Origin: a virus
Reading direction: 5' to 3' (one strand)
Length of the DNA: 64,000 nucleotides
Virus record (IMG/VR): IMGVR_UViG_3300044695_006284
Coordinates: 1 to 64,000 of that record
Position numbers and translations under genes: made by a program. Each line of letters begins with the position of its first letter. Positions within the stretch are counted from its first letter, which is position 1. This document shows positions 14,506 through 24,180 of the stretch, in pieces. The notes below the pieces were generated by a model. That model had not been told where the DNA came from. It saw only the letters and a list, made by a program, of their open reading frames with translations, and searched no databases.

Positions 14506-14580
14506 GGGCCTATAGCTTAATCTGGTTAAAGCAATTGTCTTATATGCAATCGACTTTGGGTTCAAATCCCAATAGGCCTA
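14506..14580 (+). tRNA. tRNA-Ile(TAT)
   Basis: GGGCCTA/TAGGCCT acceptor stem; ATTGT-CT TAT AT-GCAAT anticodon arm; GGTTCAAATCC; no encoded CCA. Confidence 0.85.
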
Positions 14581-14584
14581 CTTG

Positions 14585-14598
14585 GTTTCACGTGAAAC
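14585..14598. promoter_or_regulatory. parS: parS site GTTTCACGTGAAAC
   Basis: Perfect 14-bp palindrome; 15/16 match to TGTTTCACGTGAAACA. Confidence 0.85.
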
Positions 14599-14629
14599 AT
14601 GTTGAACGTAATTGGAGTATAATACTTAT

Positions 14630-14785
14630 ATGTTAGCTTATGATGTTCCTCTTTCGGCCCTCCTTTTTATATTAGATGCTGGGATACCAGCTGAATATAT
14701 TGTTAATGAGCCTACTGAGGAAGAAATCCTGGCATATATACAAATGCTAAAGAATATTATAGAAAGCGAAGATGACGGTCTCTAA
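14630..14785 (+). CDS. 51-aa hypothetical protein, probably leaderless
   Basis: TATAAT 6 nt before ATG. Confidence 0.5.
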   Translation: MLAYDVPLSALLFILDAGIPAEYIVNEPTEEEILAYIQMLKNIIESEDDGL

Positions 14786-15500
14786 TTTTCGGCTCACTTC
14801 GCCTGATAAGAAATACAAAAAGTTCTATTTTCTACATATACCTAAAACTGGTGGTAGGTATCTAAATGAAATTGCAATTTATCCCATTTCTGGAGAATTA
14901 AAGGCTAGAAGAATTAATTGGCTTAATACTAAAGATCATGATGGATGGGTAAAAGAAATTGATGAGGATACCTATATTGTATCTATTTTAAGGGATCCAG
15001 TTAAGCTTATATGCAGCTTCTTTTTATTTTTTCATAGTCATGGTAATTTGCAAAAATTAAATTTAAATAGCCCTGCCACGCTAAAGCAGGTAAAACTCTT
15101 CTTCTTTGAATTTTTAAAAAGAGATGTATGGGTTCATAACATGCAATCTAAATTCTTAAAAACAAGCTGTGCAGATTTGCCCATAGAGGAATGTTTCAAC
15201 TATCCTGTTTTAGACAAAGATCTCCTACATGAAAGACTTAATAGCATTTCCTTTATATTTACTCAAGACTACTTAGAGTCAAATCCACTAGATGTAGCAA
15301 ATAGGATATTTGATGATATTGGAATCCACCCCTCAAAAATAAATATTACTAAAAATGATGAATTTAGGCAGCCATCTTCTAAAATTCTATACGATTCGTT
15401 ATCTCAGGATGAAATAGACTTGATCTCTTCATATTTTGAGTTTGACTATGAAATATATAACCTAGTAAGATCTCGTGAAATAAGCAATACTGATGTATAA
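14772..15500 (+). CDS. sulfotransferase-family protein
   Basis: FLHIPKTGG (5'-PSB loop) and LRDP....S motifs. Confidence 0.8.
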   Translation: MTVSNFRLTSPDKKYKKFYFLHIPKTGGRYLNEIAIYPISGELKARRINWLNTKDHDGWVKEIDEDTYIVSILRDPVKLICSFFLFFHSHGNLQKLNLNSPATLKQVKLFFFEFLKRDVWVHNMQSKFLKTSCADLPIEECFNYPVLDKDLLHERLNSISFIFTQDYLESNPLDVANRIFDDIGIHPSKINITKNDEFRQPSSKILYDSLSQDEIDLISSYFEFDYEIYNLVRSREISNTDV

Positions 15501-15559
15501 TATAATGCGGTCTCTATTTTCGCCGCACTTCACTTTAATTGAGATTGGATGTATCCGTA

Positions 15560-16147
15560 ATGTTTTATAATGATGATAATGTTGTTGAGGTAAAGCCAAA
15601 AAGTGTATGGCTATATAAAAATTTTATTTCAAAAGAGCAATGCGATGCTATAGTTGAGAAATTAAACCAGTTGACTGAAAATGACTGGAAGGATGGTTGG
15701 GCAAGACATCAAGCTCACTTAATGTATGAAGGAAAGCCTTCTCAAGAACAGATAGACTGGTGGAACACTAAAGTTAGTCCACCTATACTTACTCCAGAAA
15801 TGAAATATATAAACGAAAAATTGAAGCCTCTGTTTAAGCCAGAGCTGCTATTCTTGCCAGACTATAAAGTTGTTAGACTTCTCCCAGGAGAAAAAATGCA
15901 CAGACATATGGATGATAGGCAGGGAGAAGAGGACCAAGAGGTTATTCAAGATTTTACAATTGATTGTGCTTACACTCTTTACTTAAGTGATTTTTCTGGT
16001 GGGCAAATTCATTACACCGATTTGCAATACAGCCATTTCCCAAAGCCTGGAGATTTAATTATTCATTCTGGTAAAACAGTACATGAAGTATTTAAAGTAA
16101 GAGATGGAATTAGATACACCGTTACTGGATGGCTTATAAAGAAATAA
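15560..16147 (+). CDS. prolyl 4-hydroxylase-like 2OG-Fe(II) oxygenase
   Basis: HMD...YL..F.GG...H.V..V..G.RY. Confidence 0.85.
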   Translation: MFYNDDNVVEVKPKSVWLYKNFISKEQCDAIVEKLNQLTENDWKDGWARHQAHLMYEGKPSQEQIDWWNTKVSPPILTPEMKYINEKLKPLFKPELLFLPDYKVVRLLPGEKMHRHMDDRQGEEDQEVIQDFTIDCAYTLYLSDFSGGQIHYTDLQYSHFPKPGDLIIHSGKTVHEVFKVRDGIRYTVTGWLIKK

Positions 16148-16219
16148 ATCCCACATAGAGGCGGATCCATGTGGGATTTATGCATTTTCATGCATTAGGG
16201 AGCCTAAGCTCAACCTAAT
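16143..16219 (-). ncRNA. candidate ~75-nt three-hairpin sRNA
   Basis: TTGACT-N17-TATAAT promoter (16254-16226); the last hairpin is terminator-like. Confidence 0.5.
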
Positions 16220-16242
16220 AATTTAATTATATCCAAGCAGTA

Positions 16243-16395
16243 TTACAAAGTCAATATCTTTTTTATTTTATTTTTTATTTTTTTTAATTTTTCTTCTATT
16301 TTTACTTCTATTAAAGCAGCCTCAGATTCATTTTTGTAATGATCAGTCTGAAAGTAAGGACTTTGCATCATCTTGGAAAAATGTCTTGGGCTCAT
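16243..16395 (-). CDS. 50-aa basic hypothetical protein
   Basis: ORF MSPRHFSKMMQ... Confidence 0.45.
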   Translation of the reverse strand: MSPRHFSKMMQSPYFQTDHYKNESEAALIEVKIEEKLKKIKNKIKKILTL

Positions 16396-16403
16396 AGATA
16401 TAA

Positions 16404-16601
16404 TTATACATCATCATTTCCTCTAAATGAGGGGGGTGGACCTAGTAAAAATCCTTCTTCATGATACTTTACCATCTTAGATGTATCCTCATTGCCAGCA
16501 GTTGCTTTAGCAACTAAAGTCATCATGTCGTATATTCTGTGAAGCATTATGTAGTTGACCATAGGAAGATTGTCTTCAAGATTACTATTCTGATCTTGCA
16601 T
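16404..16601 (-). CDS. hypothetical protein
   Basis: ORF in operon. Confidence 0.7.
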   Translation of the reverse strand: MQDQNSNLEDNLPMVNYIMLHRIYDMMTLVAKATAGNEDTSKMVKYHEEGFLLGPPPSFRGNDDV

Positions 16602-16782
16602 TTTTCATATCCTCTAGTACATCATCAATAGTAGTAAATCCGTCAATCTTACAACCTTCTAGGTATAGCCTAAATTGTCTTAAAACTTTTTCTGAAATCA
16701 TTTTAGTAGGCATGTGCACACAAGGTATATTGGTTGCAATTAAGTCTCTTAGATCTTCATTGAATTCATTGGATAACGGCAT
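16585..16782 (-). CDS. hypothetical protein (MPLSNEF...)
   Basis: Start reassigned using the GGAGGAG RBS. Confidence 0.65.
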   Translation of the reverse strand: MPLSNEFNEDLRDLIATNIPCVHMPTKMISEKVLRQFRLYLEGCKIDGFTTIDDVLEDMKNARSE

Positions 16783-16981
16783 TTTTAATCTCCTCCACCA
16801 TTTTTGAGTATACTGCAGACCCAATATAGTTTTTATATTGGCACGATGTACAGTAAACAAATATCTCGTCCCTGCCGTCTTGATTAGAAAAGAGAAGACC
16901 TTGGTCTAATGGACAAACCATCTCTGACACAAGGCCTTCTCTCGACAGAGCTAAATACTGAGATACTACTTGTATCTTAAT
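16766..16981 (-). CDS. 71-aa Zn-ribbon-like protein with probable ATT start
   Basis: AAGGAG-N5-ATT; CPLD...CTSC; absent from the ORF track. Confidence 0.55.
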   Translation of the reverse strand: MKIQVVSQYLALSREGLVSEMVCPLDQGLLFSNQDGRDEIFVYCTSCQYKNYIGSAVYSKMVEEIKNAVIQ

Positions 16982-16993
16982 ATTAACTCCTTT

Positions 16994-17569
16994 CTAACTT
17001 TTAGATGGAAACTTGTCTAACCACTCTTTTGTTCGAGGTGTTAAACCTTTCCATGACGACCAATCTTGACCGCCATTGGTCATATAATACGTTATCTCTG
17101 CGTTGATTGCTGGATCGAATAACGAGTAGTTACTATCCAGTTTGAACTTTTCTTTACGATCATCACCTAGGTTACCCAACATGTTGATTTGAAAAATTCC
17201 ATAGGAACTGTCTCCAGTTTTCCTGTTGCCGTTATAAGCCATTGGGCGTCCATTAGACTCCTTTTTAGCTACAGCCCACGCCATTTTAAGGGCGCTACCC
17301 TCAAAGCCTACAGCCTTGAGAAGTTCAACCAATTCTGTATCTGTTAAAGATTCAGATGGTTTCCACACAGTATTGCTGAATTGCTCCAGCTTTTCCTTGT
17401 TAAGTTGTGCTTCGGTTTTAGTCTCTGGTTTTACAACCAAAGCAGAAGCTGATTGAATTATTTCTGGTTGACCAGTAAATAAAAATAATACAGCTACTGA
17501 TATTGCAACATAGTGATGCAAAACATCGCTAAGTTTTTCTTTTATATTCTCCATAGGCATTTCCTCCAA
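16994..17569 (-). CDS. membrane-anchored lytic transglycosylase (SLT/lysozyme-like)
   Basis: N-terminal TM segment; A.A..ES, YG.FQIN, N..I...M...G..WS.W. Confidence 0.85.
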   Translation of the reverse strand: MEEMPMENIKEKLSDVLHHYVAISVAVLFLFTGQPEIIQSASALVVKPETKTEAQLNKEKLEQFSNTVWKPSESLTDTELVELLKAVGFEGSALKMAWAVAKKESNGRPMAYNGNRKTGDSSYGIFQINMLGNLGDDRKEKFKLDSNYSLFDPAINAEITYYMTNGGQDWSSWKGLTPRTKEWLDKFPSKS

Positions 17570-17772
17570 TAGAGATAACGAACTATAAGAATACCATTAA
17601 AAACTCTAATATGTCAACTTGCATTTGCCTCTATATCTGTTTTAGTTAACTAATAAAAATAGATTAACTGCTTGATTTTATTGATCACCCTTCACTTTCT
17701 TAAAAAAGTTTGGTAGAATAAGACTCTACTTAAATTAAATTAAACCGCTAGGCGGAGAAACAGGTTATATAA

Positions 17773-19707
17773 ATGTCTAATACTATTGAAAACCCGTACG
17801 AAAATTTTATTGCGTTATCTCGTTACGCTAGATGGATTCCAGAAGAAAACCGTCGTGAAACGTGGGGTGAAACAGTAGATCGTTATTTTGATTTTATGTT
17901 AAACCACCTAAAAGAAAACTATAATTATATTCCAGATGAGAAGCTTGTAGCGGAATTAAAAGACGGTGTATTTAAAAGAAATGTCATGCCCTCAATGCGC
18001 TCCGTTATGACATCTGGAGCAGCTTTAGAAAGAGACAATGTAGCGGGATATAATTGTTCATTTGTTCCAGTAGATAGCCCAAGATCATTTGATGAAACAA
18101 TGTATATCTTGATGTGTGGAACAGGTGTTGGCTTTTCTGTTGAATACAAGTATGTTAACAAGCTTCCTTCCGTCCCAGAATCATTTGAAAAGTCTACAAC
18201 CGTTATAACCGTAGAAGATTCAAAACAGGGTTGGGCAAAAGCATACAGGGAGCTTCTTGCTTTGCTTTGGTCAGGTCAAGTTCCAGCAGTTGATGTTTCA
18301 AAGGTTAGACCAGCAGGAGCAAGACTTAAAACTATGGGTGGAAGATCTTCAGGTCCACAGCCACTAGTTAACTTGTTTGACTTTACAATTGCAAAGTTTA
18401 AAAATGCTGCAGGCCGTCAGATGAAGCCAATTGAAGCACATGACATTATGTGTAAAATTGGAGAAGTAGTTGTAGTAGGAGGAGTTCGTAGATCTGCAAT
18501 GATTTCTCTTTCAAACATCAATGATATAGAAATGGCTGCGGCAAAATCTGGTAATTGGTGGGAAAACAATACCCAACGTGCACTTTCAAATAACTCTGTA
18601 GCTTATTCTCGCAAGCCAGAGATGGAACAATTTATTGCAGAATGGAAGAATCTATATGACTCAAAATCTGGTGAGCGTGGAATATACAATGTTGCAGCAG
18701 CACAAGCACAAGCAGCAAAGTACGGAAGAAGAGATCCAGATATTCATTACGGAACGAACCCTTGCTCAGAAATTATTCTTAGACCTTATCAGTTTTGCAA
18801 TCTTTCAGAAGTCGTACTTCGTGAAAAGGATACAGTTGAAGATGTATCAAATAAAGTACGCCTTGCTACAATTCTTGGAACTTGGCAGTCAACGCTAACA
18901 GACTTTAAGTATCTTCGTAAGATTTGGAAAGACAACACAGAAGAAGAGCGCTTGCTTGGAGTTTCTCTAACAGGACAATTTGGGAACAAGTTTTTTTCAG
19001 GTAAACAAGGTCTTGATAAGTTGGAAAAAACACTTGAAGGTCTTCGTGAATACGCAAGAACAACTAATTCAGAAGAGGCAGCAAAGATTGGGATTCCCGA
19101 GTCTGCAGCTATTACATGTGTAAAGCCTTCTGGTACAGTCTCTCAACTAGTTGGGGTGTCTTCAGGAATGCATCCATGGCATTCTCCATATTATATCCGT
19201 ACAGTTCGTGGATCAAAAGGAGATCCAATTTCTTTGTTTTTAAAGGAAGTTGGAATTCCAGTAGAAGACGATGTCATGAAACCAAATGAAACTTATGTAT
19301 TTTCATTCCCAGTAAAAGCTCCAGATGGCGCTATCGTGAGAAGCGATCTAACAGCTTTGGATCACCTAAACACTTGGCTTGTTTATCAACGTGCTTGGTG
19401 CGAACACAAGCCTTCTATTACCGTTTCAGTAAAAGAAGAGGAATGGATGGAAGTTGGAGCCTGGGTATATAAAAACTTTGATGAGGTTTCAGGAATTTCA
19501 TTCCTTCCTCATTCAGATCATACATACAAGCAAGCTCCATACCAAGAAGTAACAAAAGAAGAGTACGATGCTCTTGTTGCAAAAATGCCAAAATCTATTC
19601 GTTGGGAAGATTTATCTTTTTATGAAACAGAAGATGGAACTTCTGTAAACGCTACTCTAGCTTGCAGTTCTGATGGTAACTGCGAATTGGTAGATATTAG
19701 CGCATAG
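17773..19707 (+). CDS. nrdJ: class II adenosylcobalamin-dependent ribonucleotide reductase
   Basis: YNC, GGVRRSA, TNPCSEI, CNLSE, TCVKPSGT and C-terminal C...C. Confidence 0.92.
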   Translation: MSNTIENPYENFIALSRYARWIPEENRRETWGETVDRYFDFMLNHLKENYNYIPDEKLVAELKDGVFKRNVMPSMRSVMTSGAALERDNVAGYNCSFVPVDSPRSFDETMYILMCGTGVGFSVEYKYVNKLPSVPESFEKSTTVITVEDSKQGWAKAYRELLALLWSGQVPAVDVSKVRPAGARLKTMGGRSSGPQPLVNLFDFTIAKFKNAAGRQMKPIEAHDIMCKIGEVVVVGGVRRSAMISLSNINDIEMAAAKSGNWWENNTQRALSNNSVAYSRKPEMEQFIAEWKNLYDSKSGERGIYNVAAAQAQAAKYGRRDPDIHYGTNPCSEIILRPYQFCNLSEVVLREKDTVEDVSNKVRLATILGTWQSTLTDFKYLRKIWKDNTEEERLLGVSLTGQFGNKFFSGKQGLDKLEKTLEGLREYARTTNSEEAAKIGIPESAAITCVKPSGTVSQLVGVSSGMHPWHSPYYIRTVRGSKGDPISLFLKEVGIPVEDDVMKPNETYVFSFPVKAPDGAIVRSDLTALDHLNTWLVYQRAWCEHKPSITVSVKEEEWMEVGAWVYKNFDEVSGISFLPHSDHTYKQAPYQEVTKEEYDALVAKMPKSIRWEDLSFYETEDGTSVNATLACSSDGNCELVDISA

Positions 19708-19779
19708 TGGTACAATTATATAATTGGGCTAAGGCTCAAAATTCCTAGGCTTCCCGCCTAGAAATAAGGAGGATCAAAA

Positions 19780-20013
19780 ATGGCAAAAGCTAAAGAAGAT
19801 CTAAATGGAGATGGAAAGGTTACAATGCAAGAGAAAATTCTAGCAGCACTAGCAAGTTATGGACGTCATTTTCTAGGAGCAGCAATTGCTCTTTATATGA
19901 CTGGCAACACTAGTCCAAGAGACCTAATGTTGGGCGGATTTGCTGCCACAGCACCCGTAATTTTGAAGGCACTTAATCCAAACGAGCCATCGTTCGGATT
20001 TACCAAAAACTAA
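19780..20013 (+). CDS. putative holin
   Basis: Two hydrophobic segments; LNP.E..FG terminus. Confidence 0.6.
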   Translation: MAKAKEDLNGDGKVTMQEKILAALASYGRHFLGAAIALYMTGNTSPRDLMLGGFAATAPVILKALNPNEPSFGFTKN

Positions 20014-20085
20014 AAAATAGTCGATTAGAAATACTCCTGTGCTAAAATTAGTACAGGAGTATTCCTATTTAGGAGACTATGGCAA

Positions 20086-20433
20086 ATGGCAGGACAAAAG
20101 AATTTCGAAGTAGATCAAAATGCAACATTCAGCTTTGTAGTAGAATATAAAGACGAAAATGACAATGCAATTGATCTTACTGGTGCATCTGCAAAGATGC
20201 AGGTGCGTGATACAAAGGGCGGCAGTAAATTAGCTGTTACGCTAACATCACCATCTGGCGGAATTACAATTGATGGACTTAATGGTAAATTAACTGTAAA
20301 GATGACACCAACACAAACAAGTAAACTCTTTTATCCTAAATCATCTTATGATGTAATGGTCGTAGATACTAATGGTAATAAAATAAAGCTCCTTGAAGGG
20401 TTTATAACCCTAAATAGATCGGTAACCATATAA
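20086..20433 (+). CDS. virion structural protein (BppU N-terminal-like)
   Basis: QxATF...IDLTG..A.MQVR...YD.......LLEG. Confidence 0.65.
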   Translation: MAGQKNFEVDQNATFSFVVEYKDENDNAIDLTGASAKMQVRDTKGGSKLAVTLTSPSGGITIDGLNGKLTVKMTPTQTSKLFYPKSSYDVMVVDTNGNKIKLLEGFITLNRSVTI

Positions 20434-20873
20434 TGGCAGAATCCGTAGTTGTTAAAGAACAAATAAACAAAGTCATAATTTCTTCACCTGGACCACAAGG
20501 ACCAAGAGGAAGAACTATTCTAAATGGATCTGGAGATCCAGCAGCAAATTTAGGACTTACTGGAGATTTTTATTACGATACGGTATCTGCAGCTTTTCAT
20601 GGACCAAAAGTTTCTGATTTAACATGGTCAGGATCAACTAAAATATTTTTAACAAATAATACATTAGCGTATTCTTGGGAGCTTGCTCAGGTAACTGGAC
20701 CAGCCCTTGGTGTATATTCTCTTGTTATTACTCATGGGCTTGGGTATCAACCAAATGTTACAGTAAAATCAAGCGCAGGAGATATTTTAGAAACTGGAAT
20801 AGATTACAATAGTATTAACCAAATAACACTGACAATGGCTCAACCATTTTCAGGGACAGCATACCTGTCATAA
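20433..20873 (+). CDS. tail fibre-associated protein
   Basis: GPQGPRG; G..GDFY.DT; I.HGLG..P.V. Confidence 0.65.
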   Translation: MAESVVVKEQINKVIISSPGPQGPRGRTILNGSGDPAANLGLTGDFYYDTVSAAFHGPKVSDLTWSGSTKIFLTNNTLAYSWELAQVTGPALGVYSLVITHGLGYQPNVTVKSSAGDILETGIDYNSINQITLTMAQPFSGTAYLS

Positions 20874-20884
20874 GGAGATAGCAA

Positions 20885-22180
20885 ATGGCAAGAAAATTTT
20901 TAGTTAGCGTTGATCTCAACAAGAATGAGTTGCTCAATGCTAGAATCCAAAACTTAGGCGCAGCGCCTTCAAATCCAGTAGTTGGACAGATTTACTACGA
21001 TACATCAAACAACACAATGTATTACTACAATGGACTATCGTCACCTAACGGTCCATGGATGCCAATGTCTGGCTCCACAGAAGTTATACAAGATGTAATT
21101 GGTTCATCTATTGTTGGCGGAGTTGGCTTAACAGCAACATACGGCGACCCAGCTGGAACAACAACAATTGATTTAGACAACACAGCAGTCACAGCTGGTT
21201 CATATGGCTCACAAACAGAAATTCCTACATTTACAGTAGACGCACAAGGTCGTTTGACTGCAGCAGGAACAGTAAGTGTAGCCACAGAGCTTGATATTAC
21301 TGGTGACACTGGCACAACATCAATTTCTTTACTTACAGAAGGACTAACGGTTTCTGGAGGAGAAGGTATTGATGTTGCTGTAACAGATAACACAATTACA
21401 GTATCTGCAGAAGATGCAACATACACTAATAAGGGTGTTGCCTCATTTAATTCAACAGACTTTACCGTTACAGCAGGAGCAGTATCTCTTAATAAAGATC
21501 CAGTAATTACTCTTACAGGTGATGTAACTGGTTCTGCAACAATGACCAATTTAGGTGATGTTACAATATCAACTACAATTGAGCCAAACTCAATTACTCT
21601 TGGCACAGACACAACTGGAGATTATGTAGCAACAATAGTTGGAACAGCAAATGAAATTACAGTTTCTCCAAATAGTGGTGAATCTGCAGCAGTAACAATT
21701 GGTCTTCCAGATGATGTAACAATATCTGGAAACTTGCTTGTAGGCGGAAACCTAAATGTAACAGGAACAGTTAATTCTGTAAATACTACACAGGTAAATA
21801 TTGAAGACAACAAGATTAACCTTAATACCAACTTTACTGGAAGCCCAACTACAGATGCTGGTATTCGTGTAGAGCGTGGAACATCATCAGATGTAGAAAT
21901 TCTTTGGAATGAGTCAGATGACAAATGGACATTGACTAATAATGGAACAGATTATCATTCAATTGCAAGAAAGCATTCTGAGATACTAACATTAAACTCT
22001 ACAACTCATCCAGTTAATCATAACCTGGGAACAAAAGACGTTGTAGTTTCTATATATGAAGTTGCAACACCATATGCAGAAGTACTTGCAGATGTTGAGC
22101 ATACCTCAGATTTATCTGTAACTATTAAATTTGCAGTTGCACCAGCATCTGGAGAATATAAAGTAGTTGTAGTAGGCTAA
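20885..22180 (+). CDS. tail fibre/appendage protein
   Basis: Thr/Gly-rich beta repeats; VTAGSYG..VDAQGRLT; H.LGT C-terminus. Confidence 0.75.
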   Translation: MARKFLVSVDLNKNELLNARIQNLGAAPSNPVVGQIYYDTSNNTMYYYNGLSSPNGPWMPMSGSTEVIQDVIGSSIVGGVGLTATYGDPAGTTTIDLDNTAVTAGSYGSQTEIPTFTVDAQGRLTAAGTVSVATELDITGDTGTTSISLLTEGLTVSGGEGIDVAVTDNTITVSAEDATYTNKGVASFNSTDFTVTAGAVSLNKDPVITLTGDVTGSATMTNLGDVTISTTIEPNSITLGTDTTGDYVATIVGTANEITVSPNSGESAAVTIGLPDDVTISGNLLVGGNLNVTGTVNSVNTTQVNIEDNKINLNTNFTGSPTTDAGIRVERGTSSDVEILWNESDDKWTLTNNGTDYHSIARKHSEILTLNSTTHPVNHNLGTKDVVVSIYEVATPYAEVLADVEHTSDLSVTIKFAVAPASGEYKVVVVG

Positions 22181-22187
22181 ATAAAAA

Positions 22188-22652
22188 ATGAAACTTAAGT
22201 CTTCGTTAAACCTTTTAACACTGGCAGAAAATCCATCTACAGCTTTAGAAGGTGACATATATTTTAATATTTTAACAAAAAATATTAGAATATATAATGG
22301 AGAATTTTGGGTAGATATTACTCCTAAGAGCGATGATCCTACTCCATTTTATATGCACACTCACGCATATGACGGCTCAGTGCATACAGTATATTCACAG
22401 AACCCAATTACCTTTAAGGATATTAACACAACACAGAGCGTTTCGGAAAGTATTCCAATTGTTGTAGGATTTGATGGTGGTGGACCAAGTGATGATCTAG
22501 ATTCACCTACATTTGAAGATCTATCTTTACTTTTAGGCGGTGAACCAGATTCTCTGTACTATCCAGAGTCTGATAACATTGTAATTAATGGTGGAGATTC
22601 TTCTGATCAATATGCACCAATAATAAACGGAGGAGATTCAAATGGCAACTAG
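22188..22652 (+). CDS. virion-associated hypothetical protein
   Basis: Repeated (I/L)xGG motifs; gene context. Confidence 0.6.
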   Translation: MKLKSSLNLLTLAENPSTALEGDIYFNILTKNIRIYNGEFWVDITPKSDDPTPFYMHTHAYDGSVHTVYSQNPITFKDINTTQSVSESIPIVVGFDGGGPSDDLDSPTFEDLSLLLGGEPDSLYYPESDNIVINGGDSSDQYAPIINGGDSNGN

Positions 22653-24180
22653 AATTCAATTAAGAAGAGACATAGAAGATGATTGGTTTAGAGATAATCC
22701 AATATTAAGATCTGGAGAGATTGGAATATCTTTAGATTTAAACACATTTAAAATTGGAGACGGACAAACCCCATGGAGAGATCTTTCCTATGCTCTTTCA
22801 GGCACACTAAGTGAATATATCCCGTTAAATCAAAAATCAGTTTCTGGAGGAGTTGCCTCACTTGATTCTGATGGTAAAGTGCCAGATTCTCAAATTCCAG
22901 CAGGAATTGCAAGAGATTCAGAAGTATCTTCAGCAATCACAGCAGCTATAAATAATTTAATTGATGGAGCACCTGGTGCACTGAACACATTAAATGAACT
23001 AGCATTTGCAATTAATGACGATGCCAATTATGCAGCAGCTATTACAACGGCACTAGCAGCAAAAGCTAATTTATCTGATGTTACCGCAGCAGCTTTAGCC
23101 GCAGCAACAGATTCTACAGCTAAAGTAGCAGCAGAAGCAGCACTTAGAGTATCAGGAGACGCAGCTTCCGTATCAACTGCAGCAACAGATGCTACAACTA
23201 AGGCTAACGCAGCTCAAGCAGCTGCTATCTCAGCAGCAGCAACAGATTCTACAACTAAGGCTAACGCAGCTCAGTCAGCAGCTATCTCAGCAGCAGAATC
23301 AGATGCTACAACAAAGGCCAACGCAGCTCAAGCAGCTGCTATCTCAGCAGCAGCATCAGATGCTACAACTAAGGCTAACGCAGCTCAGTCAGCAGCTATC
23401 TCAGCAGCCGCATCAGATGCTACAACAAAGGCCAACGCAGCACAGGAATCCGCCAATTTGGCAGCAGATACAAAAATATCAACCGCAATAGCAGCACTTA
23501 CAAAATCTTCAGTAGGTCTTGGCAATGTTGACAATACAGCGGACGAATCAAAGCCAGTGTCTATAGCACAAGCTCAAGCAATTGCAACTGCTAAATCAGA
23601 AGCTATTGCAGATGCAACATCTCAAGTAAATGCAGTAATTGCATCAGCACCAGCAGCACTAAACACACTTGACGAGCTGGCAGCAGCACTTGGCGATGAC
23701 GCAAGTTTTGCTGCTACTATAACATCAAGCCTTACATCTAAAGCGCCAATTGCTTCACCTACATTTACTGGAACAGTAGGAGGAATTACAAAATCAATGG
23801 TTGGTTTAGCAAATGTAGATAATACATCAGATTTAAATAAACCTATATCAAGCTTAACTCAAACTGCACTAGATGCAAAAGGTAATAAATTAATTGAAAC
23901 AAATGCTCAAGCAGGCTCATATTCAATCCTTGCTTCTGATGCTTTTAAATTAATTGAAATGTCAGGCGGAGGAACTTTAACAATAGTAGATAGCTTAAGT
24001 TTTCCTACAGGAACAACAATAGAGGTTCTTCAAACAACAGATTCTCAAGTAACTATAGCGGGATCTGGTTTTATTCCAAACTCTACACCTGGATTAAAGC
24101 TAAGAGCACGATGGTCTAGTGCAACTTTATTAAAAAGAGGCACCAATAGCTGGGTTGTTATGGGAGACTTGAGTGCCTAA
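22642..24180 (+). CDS. tail fibre with Mtd_N/hyaluronidase-type N-terminus and 19-aa Ala-rich repeats
   Basis: IQLRR...W...NPIL..GEIG...FKIGDG. Confidence 0.75.
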   Translation: MATRIQLRRDIEDDWFRDNPILRSGEIGISLDLNTFKIGDGQTPWRDLSYALSGTLSEYIPLNQKSVSGGVASLDSDGKVPDSQIPAGIARDSEVSSAITAAINNLIDGAPGALNTLNELAFAINDDANYAAAITTALAAKANLSDVTAAALAAATDSTAKVAAEAALRVSGDAASVSTAATDATTKANAAQAAAISAAATDSTTKANAAQSAAISAAESDATTKANAAQAAAISAAASDATTKANAAQSAAISAAASDATTKANAAQESANLAADTKISTAIAALTKSSVGLGNVDNTADESKPVSIAQAQAIATAKSEAIADATSQVNAVIASAPAALNTLDELAAALGDDASFAATITSSLTSKAPIASPTFTGTVGGITKSMVGLANVDNTSDLNKPISSLTQTALDAKGNKLIETNAQAGSYSILASDAFKLIEMSGGGTLTIVDSLSFPTGTTIEVLQTTDSQVTIAGSGFIPNSTPGLKLRARWSSATLLKRGTNSWVVMGDLSA

